A DNA stretch of 63,837 nucleotides, counting the filler, from Olpidium bornovanus S191 (Eukaryota > Fungi > Olpidiomycota): the NCBI GenBank assembly GCA_017911155.1. It is 33 parts of 33 records of this genome, joined end to end, with 100 filler letters (N's around TTAATTAATTAA, not from the genome) between each part and the next. Parts side by side here need not be neighbours in the genome. Positions count along the whole stretch, not along the records: positions 23,529 to 24,825 come from JAEFCI010003505.1; positions 24,926 to 29,025 come from JAEFCI010007646.1; positions 29,126 to 31,189 come from JAEFCI010000130.1; positions 31,290 to 34,424 come from JAEFCI010011562.1; positions 34,525 to 38,061 come from JAEFCI010002283.1; 28 more parts are not named here. The stretch is one strand, 5' to 3'. Positions 23,801 to 35,445 of this stretch are shown in pieces. The notes under the pieces are model-generated. The model did not search any database and was not told the origin of the DNA. It saw only the letters and a list, made by a program, of their open reading frames with translations. Within the stretch, counting starts at the first letter, position 1. Every line of letters starts with the position of its first letter. A program made the translations under genes and the position numbers.

Positions 23801-24727
23801 GTGCAAATTGGCTGTGAACCGCGAAAGGAATGAGACTGCTGTGTCGACATCAGGCCTGGTACGCGTTGCAAGATAGAGGAGCGAGCCAATTAACTTGGCG
23901 AAGCGTGCTCGCTAAAATAAGAATACCGACAAACCAAAAAAAAACCAAAAACTTAAAAGAAAAACAAAAGAAAGGGCGAAAGAAAACAACAAAAACAAAA
24001 AAGGCAAAAAAACAAACACAAAAAACAAAAAAAAAAAACAAAACAAGAAATAACGAAAAGCCAAAAGAAAAACCGGAAAAACTTAAAGAAGCAAGAAACA
24101 AAAATAACAATAAATGGAACATATATAAAAAGCTGCCGCCAACCCTATGAATTTCCCAAACCGCAGTTGTTGGAGGAAGTTTGAAAACTCCAGGTCGTCC
24201 GCTAACCCAACCCGCAGCCTCCCTCTCGCTCTCCTTCTAACCCCCCCCCCCCTACCCCCCCCCCCCCCCCTTCCCCGCGCCGCCGTGCCCTCGCCGGCTA
24301 TGCTACCAAATATAACGCAGACCAAACTCAAACGTGCGGTCGAAACGCTTTTTCTCCCTCCCCTCCCCCTTCGCCGCGGGGTCCTTTGCCCCCTTCCCTG
24401 CGGCCTGGAACATTTGGACCACGGTACCCGCAGCCTGGTCGTCGGTTCGGGAAAATTATACCGCGGACGGAAAAGGAACCCCGGCGGGAACGCCACCCCC
24501 CCCCTTTTTTTTTCCGACCAGACCCTCTTTTATCTCTTTGTCCGCCCAGAGTGCCTGGAGCCATAGCAGCAAACGGCCTCTTTTGCGCCGGAGCACCGGA
24601 GCGGCAGAGCACGGGGAAGGGGGGAAAAGGCGGCGGGGGAGGAAAGGCGGGCGTGTGGCGGCGGCGGGAAGCGGCGGAGCGACCGTGGGGAGCGGGAAAG
24701 GGGCGGGGGGGGGGGGGGGGGGGGGGG

Positions 24728-24825
<98 letters not shown>

Positions 24826-25170
24826 NNNNNNNNNNNNNNNNNNNNNNNNNNNNNNNNNNNNNNNNNNNNTTAATTAATTAANNNNNNNNNNNNNNNNNNN
24901 NNNNNNNNNNNNNNNNNNNNNNNNNCCGAGGTGCGGTATTCGTGCCGAGGCAAAAACCGGGCGGGCAACGGAAACGCACATCGGGCATTCCGGCGGCTGC
25001 CAAGGACGCCCGCGTCGGGGGGTGCGGCGGTTTACGCGTAATCATGTACGAGGGCGAAGCGCACGCGCGCACGCTTGTGAGCAAGGCAAAATCCTGCTGG
25101 GCCCTAAAGAAAAATCCGCGATCACAGTACAATTCCATTTGCACAGCCACACACTTTACTGCCATCATCA

Positions 25171-27200
25171 TCACTCCTCATGAGATTTCTCCTCGGTTAC
25201 GGGCTCTCTTATCATCTCGACGACATTATACCTGCGACCGCCGATAACAGAGCACATTGTGATGACAACAGTTCATTAAACGCTTCGGCGACGCGGGGCG
25301 GCTGGCAACATGGAACCGCCCCACAGAGAATTGGCACCTATCGGACAGGACCCACTTTTTAAACTTCATATAGTCTTTTACTACGCTAATCCCGCAGATA
25401 TTCTGAAGATTTCCGTTAGCAGCAAAAATCATTTCCCCAAGCACCGCGCGCAACCCCATTGACGGCTCTCTTTGCGCGTCTGCTACGCTAAGAATCCGCA
25501 AAGACTTACCCGAAATGCTTCTACCAGAATTACCAGCTCCGCGTTCTCCATTTCCGCTTTGTGATTGTCGCCCACAACTTCGGCTACCACTTTGATGATC
25601 TCGTCGCGCTGGACGCCCCCGCATTGTCGAATTTTGGGAATGATCTTGAACTGGCGAAAAAACAGAGACCCCCCACCAACCCCAGGGGCAGTAAGAGACC
25701 GCGCCCGCGGGCAAAGAAGTTCAACAGCGCAACCAAGTCACCGTTTTCGGTTCGCCCCCCTCCTGGTGGAAGTGTGGCGCAAGCAGCTGCTGGGCGAGCT
25801 TCCTGATGTCATTGATGTTGGCGCGGCACGTGCCCGCGAATGGGACAAACCGTTGTGAGTATCTGCGATAGTTTTGCCAAACGGCCAGGGATGGAGGAAA
25901 CAAAAATGAGCGAAGCGGCGAGCCGTCTTTCGGACGGAAAAAATCACGGCTTGGGACTCCCAAAGAGCCGACGTTCGGACGGGGAAGATCACGGCTTTCG
26001 ACTCGAAAGTTGATTGCCGAGAAATGGCGAGAAACCTGCCAGGAAATAGGCGGGAATGACGGCATCGAAAAAATGCTAAAACGCCGTGTCGCTCGCACCT
26101 GGTCTTCAGCACCTGCGTCTCGTCGACATCCGCCAGGAGCTTGTGAACCAGCGCAACCGGATCCACACCGCGGCATTGCACAAAAATAACTTTTTTTTCG
26201 TTTTTTCCGCCCGTAAAATTGGGAGCGTCAAATTCGGGGTTCGTAAAGCCCCTTTTTGCCCCGGCGCCCGAAGAGCCGCGCAAAGTTATCGGCTCTCGTA
26301 CCGCAATCCGTGGAGGTGTTGATGGACCTAAAGAACGCGCGACCGGGGGCATTGGACTTGTTCAACTCCGCCAGTTCCGCCGCGACGGAGTCTTCAATGG
26401 ACACGCCGGTCTTCGCTTGCGGCTCGTCGTCCTCCGAATCAGAAAGGTCAACAGCCTCCCCGTCTCGGCGGCGGAGCGTCGTTTGCGTCGCAGGCTGCGT
26501 CGTCGTAGCAGTTGGGAGCTCCTCGTCGCATGGCAGGCCCTCGGCGTACTGTTGGTCGGGAAGGCCGCGACCCTCCTCAAAATAAGTCGGTCAAGCTCCC
26601 CGCTGGGCCAGCCCCAATAGGGCAGAGAAAAGCTGCCGCTCCGCCGACGCCAAGTTTTTTTTACGTTTTTTTTTTTCAATTCCCGTTCGCACCTCAGCAA
26701 ACAAGTTATAGATCTCTTTAACCGCCTGACCCTCCTTCCCGACGAGGCAGGTAACAAGGACGCCGCGCATTCCCGGCTCAATTCCGAAAGCGGCATACTA
26801 GGTTCGCCCGCGTGTGGGGGGGAAGGATAAGCAAAACGTGAACATGAGCGTCTCGCCCGGGAAAATGGAAAAGAAAAAAAACAACAAAAAAGCAACCCCG
26901 AACGCGGCGCAGGCTCCGTAGACGGCGGGCCTGGGCGGTGGACATGTCACGCGATTCGCGCTCCGGCAAGATAACGGCGCGCGGAAAACGCGGCACAAAG
27001 AGTTTCGGGCGGCTTGTTCTAGAAGGGGGAAGGGTGACGCGCCACACGGCGGTGCTCACCGTGGCCTGGTTGGCCCTCCAGCTTCCCATTCCTCCTCGTC
27101 CTCCTCCTCCACCTCCCCTTCCGCGGGGCCCGCCGCCCCTCCCTCCTCCGCGGGAGTGGGGAAAGTTTCCCTTGCGCTTCCTCGGCGAAAAATCTGCCAT
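25171..27200 (-). CDS. TAN1: THUMP-domain tRNA acetyltransferase adaptor, apparently complete, multi-exon
   Basis: MADFSPRKRK..RGG-rich | IEPGMRGVLVTCLVGKEGQAVKEIYNLFAE | YAE..IEDSVAAELAEL..TDC | VIFVQ..DPVALVHKLLAD..KTR | YSQRFVPFAGTC | FKIIPKIR..RDEIIKVVA..LVEAFR | NICGISVVKDYMKFK | KYNVVEM..*. Confidence 0.93.
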
Positions 27201-27304
27201 TCCGCTCGGCGCTTTCCCTTGGGCAAATGGCGAGGGAGGGAAGGGCGCCGGGCTGGGGCGTGGCGTGGCGGAGGCGTCGCGCCTTCGTGAGCCCCAATGC
27301 ATCC

Positions 27305-27314
27305 GTCACGTGAC
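27305..27314. promoter_or_regulatory. Palindromic E-box GTCACGTGAC upstream of TAN1
   Basis: Perfect palindrome 105 bp upstream of ATG 27200. Confidence 0.55.
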
Positions 27315-27816
27315 CGGAAGCCGTCGCCACTTCCCCTCCCTTTCCCCAGATGCCGCGCGGGACATCCCCCGGCAACCCCTCCGTGGGCCCCGCGCGATTT
27401 TGGATCTCGGCTGTGTTTTGGCAACGGAATCCACCAGAACCTGCAGGGTCCCAGCACGGCTCGCCGATCCGGGTCCGAACGGAAGCAGGCGGCAAAGCCT
27501 CGCTGAATGACCTCCGGCCAGCCAGGACTTAAAAAGCCTAAATACTTCAACGGAACTGGACCAACGAACGAAGATGCGTGTTTCCGAGGGCAATACTTTC
27601 ACCGCCACCGCGGATAGAGAGCCACCCGCATTGATCTTCTGCATCCGGTAACTGCACGAGAAGACAGTTGATGGATGATAACTTTGCACCAAGTCTAGCA
27701 TTGTGGGCGGAGCCCCAACACGTGGACGCCCGGACGCCTTCCAGCGAAATTGGAATACTGGCGCTTCTCCCCAAATCGATAACCCACATTGGCGCGTCAA
27801 CCACGGTATCCCGCCG

Positions 27817-28926
27817 TCATCGCGGAGCTCTTCTCGCAGGGATCGGCAGACCAGAACTGCGCCCCATTCCGATCGTGACGTCTTCGTCAGCCTCCAGGCC
27901 CGTTGCAAAGGGGGAACCCCCATGCTTTAACCTCAACAGTGCAGGGGATTCGTCCCTGAGAGCGCAGCTGGAAGCCATGCGCTTGATCTGCTGGAGTTGG
28001 CGCTCATAAGGGTTTGTCCGGATCGTGAACGAGCCGGCAGAGGCAGGTCCCTGTCGTGGACCAAGGAGATCCACCGTGGGTTCCTCCACAGATGCATTGC
28101 CCGCGTCGATGTCTATCTCTTCTTCTTCATCCAGCTGCACGCCTTCGAACGTGAACGAGCCCGCAAAGGCAGGTCTCTGTCGTGGACCAAGGAGGTCCGC
28201 CGTGGGTTCCTCCACTGCTGCATCGCCCGCGCCGGTGTCTATCTCCTCTTCTTCATCCAGCTGCACGCCTTTAAACCATTCGGAAAGGTCCTCAACAGTT
28301 GGCGGGGGCTGGACGGCCGGCGGCTCTGTGTACGCTCCGGTCAGAGTTGGCACCGGCGGAGACTCTGTGTCCGCCGAAATGAAGGATAGTTGGGGAAGCG
28401 GCGGAGACGAGAGCAGCTCTCCGCCACCCTTCTGCGCTACGATTTGCTCTTCTCCCTCGGAATCAGAAACGCCAAACTCCCGCGCCTCGGCAATCTGCGC
28501 CCTGAGGTTTAGCGCATCCGAGTTGACCGCATTAAATATCACGTCGATGTCGTCTTTGAGCTCCTTATGCGCTCGCATCTTCTCCTCAAGGTCAACCTCA
28601 GTCGAGACTGTGAACGGCGACGGCGAACCGCTCGGTCCCGCGGAGACGTAGCGCAGCCTGCCGCCCCGTCTTGCCGACGATACCATCATCCGCAGGGTAG
28701 CGGAGTCTGGTCGGAGCGGCGGAACCGGACTATCAGCGACATAGGCCAGCAGCTCCTTTGCTCTCCTCCGCGCCGAGTTACATGGGGTCGCCGCCGCGCC
28801 GCGCTTCGATATGGACATGCGCCGCCCTCCCCGGGTCTTCGGCGTCGTCAGGGGCGGAGATCTTGCAGGCGCAGGAGTCAAGCCACGGCGGGTGCTGAAG
28901 GACCCCCGACGGTCCGCCTTCGGCAC
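27817..28926 (-). CDS. Hypothetical acidic/low-complexity protein with an internal 42-aa duplication
   Basis: 369-aa stop-free ORF that is open upstream toward the contig end; no family recognised. Confidence 0.5.
   Translation of the reverse strand: MPKADRRGSFSTRRGLTPAPARSPPLTTPKTRGGRRMSISKRGAAATPCNSARRRAKELLAYVADSPVPPLRPDSATLRMMVSSARRGGRLRYVSAGPSGSPSPFTVSTEVDLEEKMRAHKELKDDIDVIFNAVNSDALNLRAQIAEAREFGVSDSEGEEQIVAQKGGGELLSSPPLPQLSFISADTESPPVPTLTGAYTEPPAVQPPPTVEDLSEWFKGVQLDEEEEIDTGAGDAAVEEPTADLLGPRQRPAFAGSFTFEGVQLDEEEEIDIDAGNASVEEPTVDLLGPRQGPASAGSFTIRTNPYERQLQQIKRMASSCALRDESPALLRLKHGGSPFATGLEADEDVTIGMGRSSGLPIPARRAPR
28025..28276 (-). repeat. 126-bp tandem duplication (2 copies), in frame
   Basis: FKGVQLDEEEEIDTGAGDAAVEEPTADLLGPRQRPAFAGSFT / FEGVQLDEEEEIDIDAGNASVEEPTVDLLGPRQGPASAGSFT; copies start at 28025 and 28151. 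Confidence 0.95.
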
Positions 28927-31289
28927 GAGCCGGGGCCCCGTGGATTCCTTCCTGATGCCGCCGAAGGGTAGGGTAACCGGCGGTGAAAATGTAGGGGACG
29001 CCGGCGAGGCGTCGTTCGAGGCGAANNNNNNNNNNNNNNNNNNNNNNNNNNNNNNNNNNNNNNNNNNNNTTAATTAATTAANNNNNNNNNNNNNNNNNNN
29101 NNNNNNNNNNNNNNNNNNNNNNNNNGGCGCCTCACGACGGAGTAGCGTGGTAAGAATAGTAACACGAGCAATGTAGTGGGACATATATGGAGGGTGCCGC
29201 GCGCGGATTACGCCAACGTCATCGGCAGGTCTGCGAATTCGAGGGGTCCGGGGAGCGGAGAGGGGCGGAGCGGGGTGAAGGCATCCGCATCCCCACTTCG
29301 TCGTGCATCTATATACTTGCAGCGGCTTGCCTTAGTCCGGCGTACGTGATCTTCGCAAACAGCGCTTTTTATGTAACGCCTGGGGAGATAGAGAGGGGGA
29401 GGAAGGGAGGGGGGCAGGACCGGGAGGGTTACGCTTCTATGTCGAACTCGATTGAGGGATCGGGCAGGCAGCGCTCCCTGGTGACTTTTTTTTTTGCGGA
29501 TTGGGGATGATGCGTCCGATGATTCGGGTGACGGCAAACCATCGATGACGGCCGGCAATGGCGAGATGCCTTCGCTCTCTCTCTTGACGATATGACGCAA
29601 GGCGGGCGTGATGAGATGAGGTGACGACACCTGTGGTGACCGTCAAGGTTTCTGGCTTTCTCTTTGGCTCTATTTCAAAATTTCCTCTGCGTGAGGCACC
29701 GCCATTGAGTACGTTTGACCAGTAATGGAAATTGTTCTATTTCCAAAAAAAAAGAAGAAAAACGATGACGACACGCCGAAAATGCGAACAACGAAAACTG
29801 CCAAGCGCCAAACAAGTGCAAACATTTCTAACTCTCTGATGCGGGATTAAGATTCCCTTCATTGATGTTAGCGACAGGGACAACGGGTGCAGTGGCAGTT
29901 GCAGTTGCGCGGCGGATGCAAATGGCGGTGTGCCGATGCAATAGCAGTAGGTAAAAGGAACAAGAACGACAAACCCGACGATTCGAAGGCGTCTGGCGGC
30001 ACCGCAGCAGTTACCGCTTGCAAGGAGGCCTCGTAAAAGCATTTCAGTAACAATAAAGACAACCCTTTGGCGGTTACCAGTTATGTTCTTACGATTCACT
30101 GTCTTACTTTATTGCGGTTGTATTCGTCCCTTTCGTTGGTGAGCGCCCCGTTTATCAACTTATATATAGAGATTTTAGGTAAATTATGTCAGCCTTCTAC
30201 AGAGGCTTGTTAGCTTCACAGTTCGCCGGGAAGTCCTTTAGACTAAAAAAAACCCGCAACCGTCTCCCGGCCGCCCCGGCGTGGCGGCGGCGAACAAAGG
30301 AGCGGCCGGCTGGGTGCCGCGTCGGGGTGTAGTCCGCGAACTCGCAACGGCCCGGCGCCGCACACTGAGGCAAACCACGAGGCCCGTCGTGCGCGGCAAA
30401 CTTTTCGGTTTTTTCTTTGGGGTCAGCTGCGGCAGAACCCGGGCGGGGGTTCCCCCGACAAAGTCGCCAAGGGCGTCTTGCCACAGGAACAATAGGTCGC
30501 CGCGAGGCTCGCCGCGGCGTGTGCCGTCCGCCGTCCGCACGTGCTTCGCAAAAGGGAGGAGGAAGGGCCGCAGCGGAGAGGGCACGGGAGCGTGGTGCGG
30601 CCCGATCGCGACACAGTGATCGCGGCTGTTCACTTTCGCCGCCGTCCTCCTCGTCTTCCTCCCCGTCGCGGCCGCGGTCGCCCCCTTTCTCTTTCCCTCG
30701 CCTGCATCCTCGCCCTCCTCGCGCTGCTCGTTGTCCTGCTTTCCCTCGGCAGGCGCGCTGGCGGGCAGAGGGGTTCTCGGCGTCGGTTAATAACAATTAT
30801 ATTAGGATAGTAAATTCGTTCTCACAGCGCAAACGGCGGCGGGCGGGCAGCGCGAGTGCGCCTCCCCAGTCACGTGCTCCGCACCCTTCGCCCCCCCGGC
30901 CGCAGGGCCCGTCGCGATTGACCTTTTTGTTTGACAGACGAGCGGAGCTGGGCATCACAAACAATCGAGGAGGACATTGCTGGATTTGCCCGGAACAAGG
31001 CAAAGGCACATCTGGCGGCCGCCGGCGCCCCTTTTTATTTGATGCGTCGTCCCATTTTTTTTTTATCTCGCGCAGACCCGCCTTTGCGAGGGGCAGTGGG
31101 GGTGGGACAGGGGCAGTGGGAAAAACGGTTTGTATTTTCCGCTGCAGCCCAGGCCAATCGGATCTGCACTTCTTTGCTCGTTCCCATGANNNNNNNNNNN
31201 NNNNNNNNNNNNNNNNNNNNNNNNNNNNNNNNNTTAATTAATTAANNNNNNNNNNNNNNNNNNNNNNNNNNNNNNNNNNNNNNNNNNNN

Positions 31290-32466
31290 CATGCGATCGA
31301 AGATGAACGGCACACCGGGAAGGATGTGCACGTTGTTGTTTACAATTGCCAGAGGAACCTGTGCGGTGGGGAAGTGGGGTTGGGTGGGGTGAGGGGAGGA
31401 GAAGGTTGTCCGTCAATGCACCAGGAACATTTACGTTAAGGACATGATATAGTCCGGTCGGGTTGATTAATTACGCGGTCCCTCACCCATAGATCCGGGG
31501 ACGTAAACACGACCTGCGCGTTCTTCGGGATCAGCGCCATACGTTTTCTTGACTCGGTGATATTCTGACTTGGGTCTGTGGCTGTCAATATCTTTTTCAT
31601 CCGCTCAAGCGTCGGCTGATGGTAATCCAGCGGCGAGTTGAAAGCATTGGCGATCGATTCATAACTGGGACCGTAGACAAACCTGGTCAGCGTCGTTCCG
31701 CACACGCGTCATCCGAAATTACACACTGAACTTTACGTGAAGCGGCCGAACATCGCTTACGTTATATCTGTGCGCATAATGACGCAACGCGGGGTTTCCC
31801 AATAAATTGCTGGTCGACTGCGGCCTCTCCCGACTGTCGCAGTCGAATTTCTTCAGACTTACCATCATGTGTCGGGCCTGAGCCATCGACGTTGCGACCG
31901 ATTTAAAACCGAACCAGGTTTTCGCCGTGCAGACCATCCCGGTTTTAGCCGACACCCTCCTCACCTATGCCGCCGCTTGTGAAGACGAGATCGTATGTCG
32001 CGCTGAGGTAGCGAACACTGAAGACCGAAATTGGATGCCGGCGATTCAGGTAAGCTTTGCGGGCCCGCTCCGCACGGAGTGATGAATCCGTTCCGCCCGC
32101 AAATACCTGTTAATTATATCCTTCTCGACGTCGGGTACAATCTCTACGCGTCTGAGCTCAATTCCGTGGTCAAACAACAGCTTGGCCAGCGTGTTGGTGT
32201 TCGTGTCCTGGGTCTTGCCGGAGAGTATCTGAGGGGACGCGCGAGAGAAGGGCCACCGTAAGGGCTGCAGGGTGTTCGTCTGCCAATTTGCCACCTGTTT
32301 TCGTTACCTCGTCGCCGATGACGCACATCGCCGCCGTTTTCGACGACGACGACGCCATCGTCCCGGACGCAGTCCCGAACAGCTTTGCGAACCTTCCGGA
32401 GCTGCAGGCGGCGGGGCCGCGTCGGGCGGCGGCGAGGCGATAGGTACCGCCGACGACGGCGCCCAT
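31290..32466 (-). CDS. Molybdopterin-binding (CinA/MoCF_biosynth-like) domain protein, 3'-partial, with micro-exons
   Basis: AAMCVIGDE|ILSGKTQDTN..GIELRRVEIVPD..|..YDLVFTSGGIG|PTHD|DIT|YESIANAF..RKRMALIP..DLW|VPLAIVNNNVHILPGVP. Exons 32466-32308, 32228-32107, ~32018-31965, 31877-31863, 31767-31761, 31664-31487, 31358-31290. Confidence 0.92.
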
Positions 32467-32647
32467 GTCCCGGGGAGCACGGGGACCGCGGGCGGGTTGT
32501 TGCTGGGAGTGGCGCGCCACGCAACTGGCACGCGCGTGAGAAAACTGCTGCGACACAACGTTCTTCCTAGCCCGGCTTGCCCCTCTTGCGCCGTCCCGTT
32601 CGCAGAATTCAGGCGGCCGTATAAAAAAGGCAGGCTGCCCTCCGCTC

Positions 32648-32710
32648 TCGCCTCGCCTCGCCTCGCCTCGCCTCGCCTCGCCTCGCCTCGCCTCGCCTCG
32701 ACTCGACTCG
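32648..32710. repeat. (CTCGC)n microsatellite upstream of the CinA-like gene
   Basis: About 11 CTCGC units grading into CTCGA units. Confidence 0.95.
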
Positions 32711-34524
32711 GAGCTCCGCGACCCGCCCTGTGCGCTCGGCACGCGCGCACACGACAGCAAGTCGCTGTGCTTCCCACCTCTCCACTCGCTCCGCGAACGT
32801 TCGTACGGGCGAAGAGCTGTGAGGGAAACAAAAATTCATTCATTTTTACGTCATCGCGATAATCTCTTTCATCCTTAATGAAATGGCGGCAACGTCAGCA
32901 CCAAGGAACCGAGTGACGGTCTCAGCCATGTCCTGGTTAAGGCTCTGTCCGAAGGTCAGCTCAAGGGAAAAAAATCCTGGAATGGTATTCGGCGTGGCAT
33001 TGTATGCCAGCTCAGCAAATAATAATGCACCCTTTCAATTTTCCCATGCTCTGCAGCGACAACGACGATTAGTGTCTTTGCCCGCTAAGCCATTCGGCGT
33101 GAGTGCGGGCATAGAGGCTCTGCAACGACACTTGAGCCTCCGAAGGCAAACGAACGGGACCCGACTTGCGGTTGTTCTAGCGCGCCTCCGGTTCGACGGT
33201 CGACGCCAAGGTTCCCAAAGAGTTCGGCGAGACGTTGGTGTTTAGTGCGAGCAACGGAAAGGGCCCAGCTCTGACAGGAACTCCAATTTCCAGCTGAGCC
33301 AACCCCCTCAGCAGTCGGGGGCGTTGTTCCACTGCGGAATGCGAATGCGTCGGCCGTACTATATGGCGTTAGCGCTGGTGAAACGAGAACGGTTGCCACG
33401 GCCTCGACAGCGCTTGCGGTGGCGGCGAACGCGCGACGGGGAAGCAGGTGGAGAGCGGGATTGGTCGGTCGGCGAGAGCAAAACGATCGCTGAAGACGGA
33501 CGGGGACAAACGGTCGAGCCCTGGCCACCCTGGACAGTGAGGAGATGCGCGACGGCGACGGCGAACACAAACGCGGACGGCGATGGGAGACGGCTATGGC
33601 GGACGGCGATGGCGGATGGGACACTCGTCTCAAAACCCGGGCGAGTGCGGTCGACGGGGACGGCGACGGCGGCCAGCGCATCGATCAGAGCGGCCTGGGG
33701 GGACTCGCTCGGTCGGCGGTGATGACGACGTGACGAAAGCGAGCTACAGGGCCGTAGACACGGCGCCAGGCGGCGGCGGCTTCGGCGACGGTTGGCTCGA
33801 GGTCCTTCAACGCGCTGTGAAAGGTCGACGAGCGAAATGGTCGGGTCGGCAGGCGACGGCATCGATGGCTGCGTCGAAGTCGACGCCGAGTGCGGTCGTT
33901 GCACTGCCGCGCCACGAGGCGGCGTGCCGGCGTTTCACGACACCGAGCACGTGGGCGTCGGCGTCGGGGGTCGGAAAGGCGGGGGGCGGCATTGCGTTTC
34001 ACCCATCCGAAAGACGGGAACGGTCGAGGGGGGAAAGGTCGAGCGCGTCGGGCACATCAACGGAAAGGGAGATGGAGGCTGCGGCGGTCACATCGCACTC
34101 CATCGCGGTCGACGACAGGGTGCCGGTTGCGGCCGAAGCGGGCCAGAACTGGTCGGACCGGGGGCTGTCGAACCGGCGGTGACAGCAGCGCTCGTCGGCG
34201 GTTCGGCCGAGGGCCCCGTTCAGGCAGAGCGGGCGTCTCTTCCGAACCGCCCAAAATCCCCACGAAATTTTCTTGATAGGGAAGCCGTGCCTCTTCAGAG
34301 CCGGCAGAGTCCCCTTGCGTATTCCCCTCCGGACCCCGTCGGACGCCGAAAAAACCGAGGGAGCAAAAAAAAAAAAAAAAAAAAAAAAGGGGGGCTCCCC
34401 CCCCCCCCCCCCCCCTTCAACCCCNNNNNNNNNNNNNNNNNNNNNNNNNNNNNNNNNNNNNNNNNNNNTTAATTAATTAANNNNNNNNNNNNNNNNNNNN
34501 NNNNNNNNNNNNNNNNNNNNNNNN

Positions 34525-34740
34525 CCGGCTGACGTTTTTACTAGGCCGCTAGACAAGACGGAATTCGTCAAGTTCAGGAGGACAATCTTGGCGTGAGCCG
34601 TCGAAGGCGCCCACCAAGACTTTCTCGAATGATTCAAAGCCATGCGTCTGAGTCAAGATGGAAAGGTAGAATAGATGCACTAAATATATGTAAAGCGCAC
34701 ATGGACGCTCATAGTGCGCTTAGTGAGGCGGGAAGTTGGA
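34525..34740 (+). mobile_element. Ty1/copia extreme 3' end (RNase H C-terminus, PPT-like tract)
   Basis: PADVFTRPLDKTEFVKFRRTILA* (34525-34596); purine tract AGTGAGGCGGGAAG at 34722-34735. Confidence 0.7.
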
Positions 34741-35445
34741 AAATAAAGGGAGAAAAGGAAAGGGGGAAGGCGGTGCCGCGGACGCACTGTGCGCACCAGC
34801 CCTTGTTGGCACTTTGCATCTCCATGCAAAAGGGGCCTAGAGCAGATAGAAACGCCACCCGCCCGAACACAGTCTTCGGGTTCCGCTTTCCTTTTCCCGG
34901 GCTCGCGCGGGGCTTTGTTCCGGCTCTAAAATCAACACCATGAGCGGGATCCTCATCCGCAGGCCACTGCTGCATCATCTCCCGGCCCGCCCGCTGTCCT
35001 CCCACCGAAAAGAGACGGTCAGATTTGATTTGATTTGCAGGGTGTCAACATCAGTCAAATCACTGCTCATTCTGCATTCTTTTATTTTCTTTTTGTTTTA
35101 TTTCCCTCCCCCTCTTCCCCCCCCCAAGCCGCCTCACTCCGCCCGACAAAACACCGGCTCCCCACGTTCCCCGCGCATCCCAACCGCTCGGGCCAAGCTT
35201 GCCTAGCGCCGGAACCGGGTAGGTATTCTCCGTAAGGGCGCACGGGACGCCCGCTGGCCAGTTCCGCGTCGGTCGCGGGGCCCCGTCCACGTTCGTCGTA
35301 TACGCGCCACCGCGCGGCGGAGCGCCCCCCGGTTGTTGCCTTGTGCCGTCCGGCCCGACCGCGACCGTTCGACTTGCCGACTTACCGGGGGATTTTTTTT
35401 TTTTTTTTCGCTTGGAAGAAACCGAACCTTTTTTCGCTTGCCGCC

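Noticed and set aside
29126-31189. Coding gene in this contig
   Set aside because: Only short ORFs and isolated exon-like pieces (e.g. ERSWASQTIEEDIAGFARNK); nothing supportable.
33330-34180. Long overlapping ORFs in a GACGGC/GGCGAC-rich tract
   Set aside because: Low-complexity GC-rich sequence keeps several frames open; no recognisable domain or splice structure.
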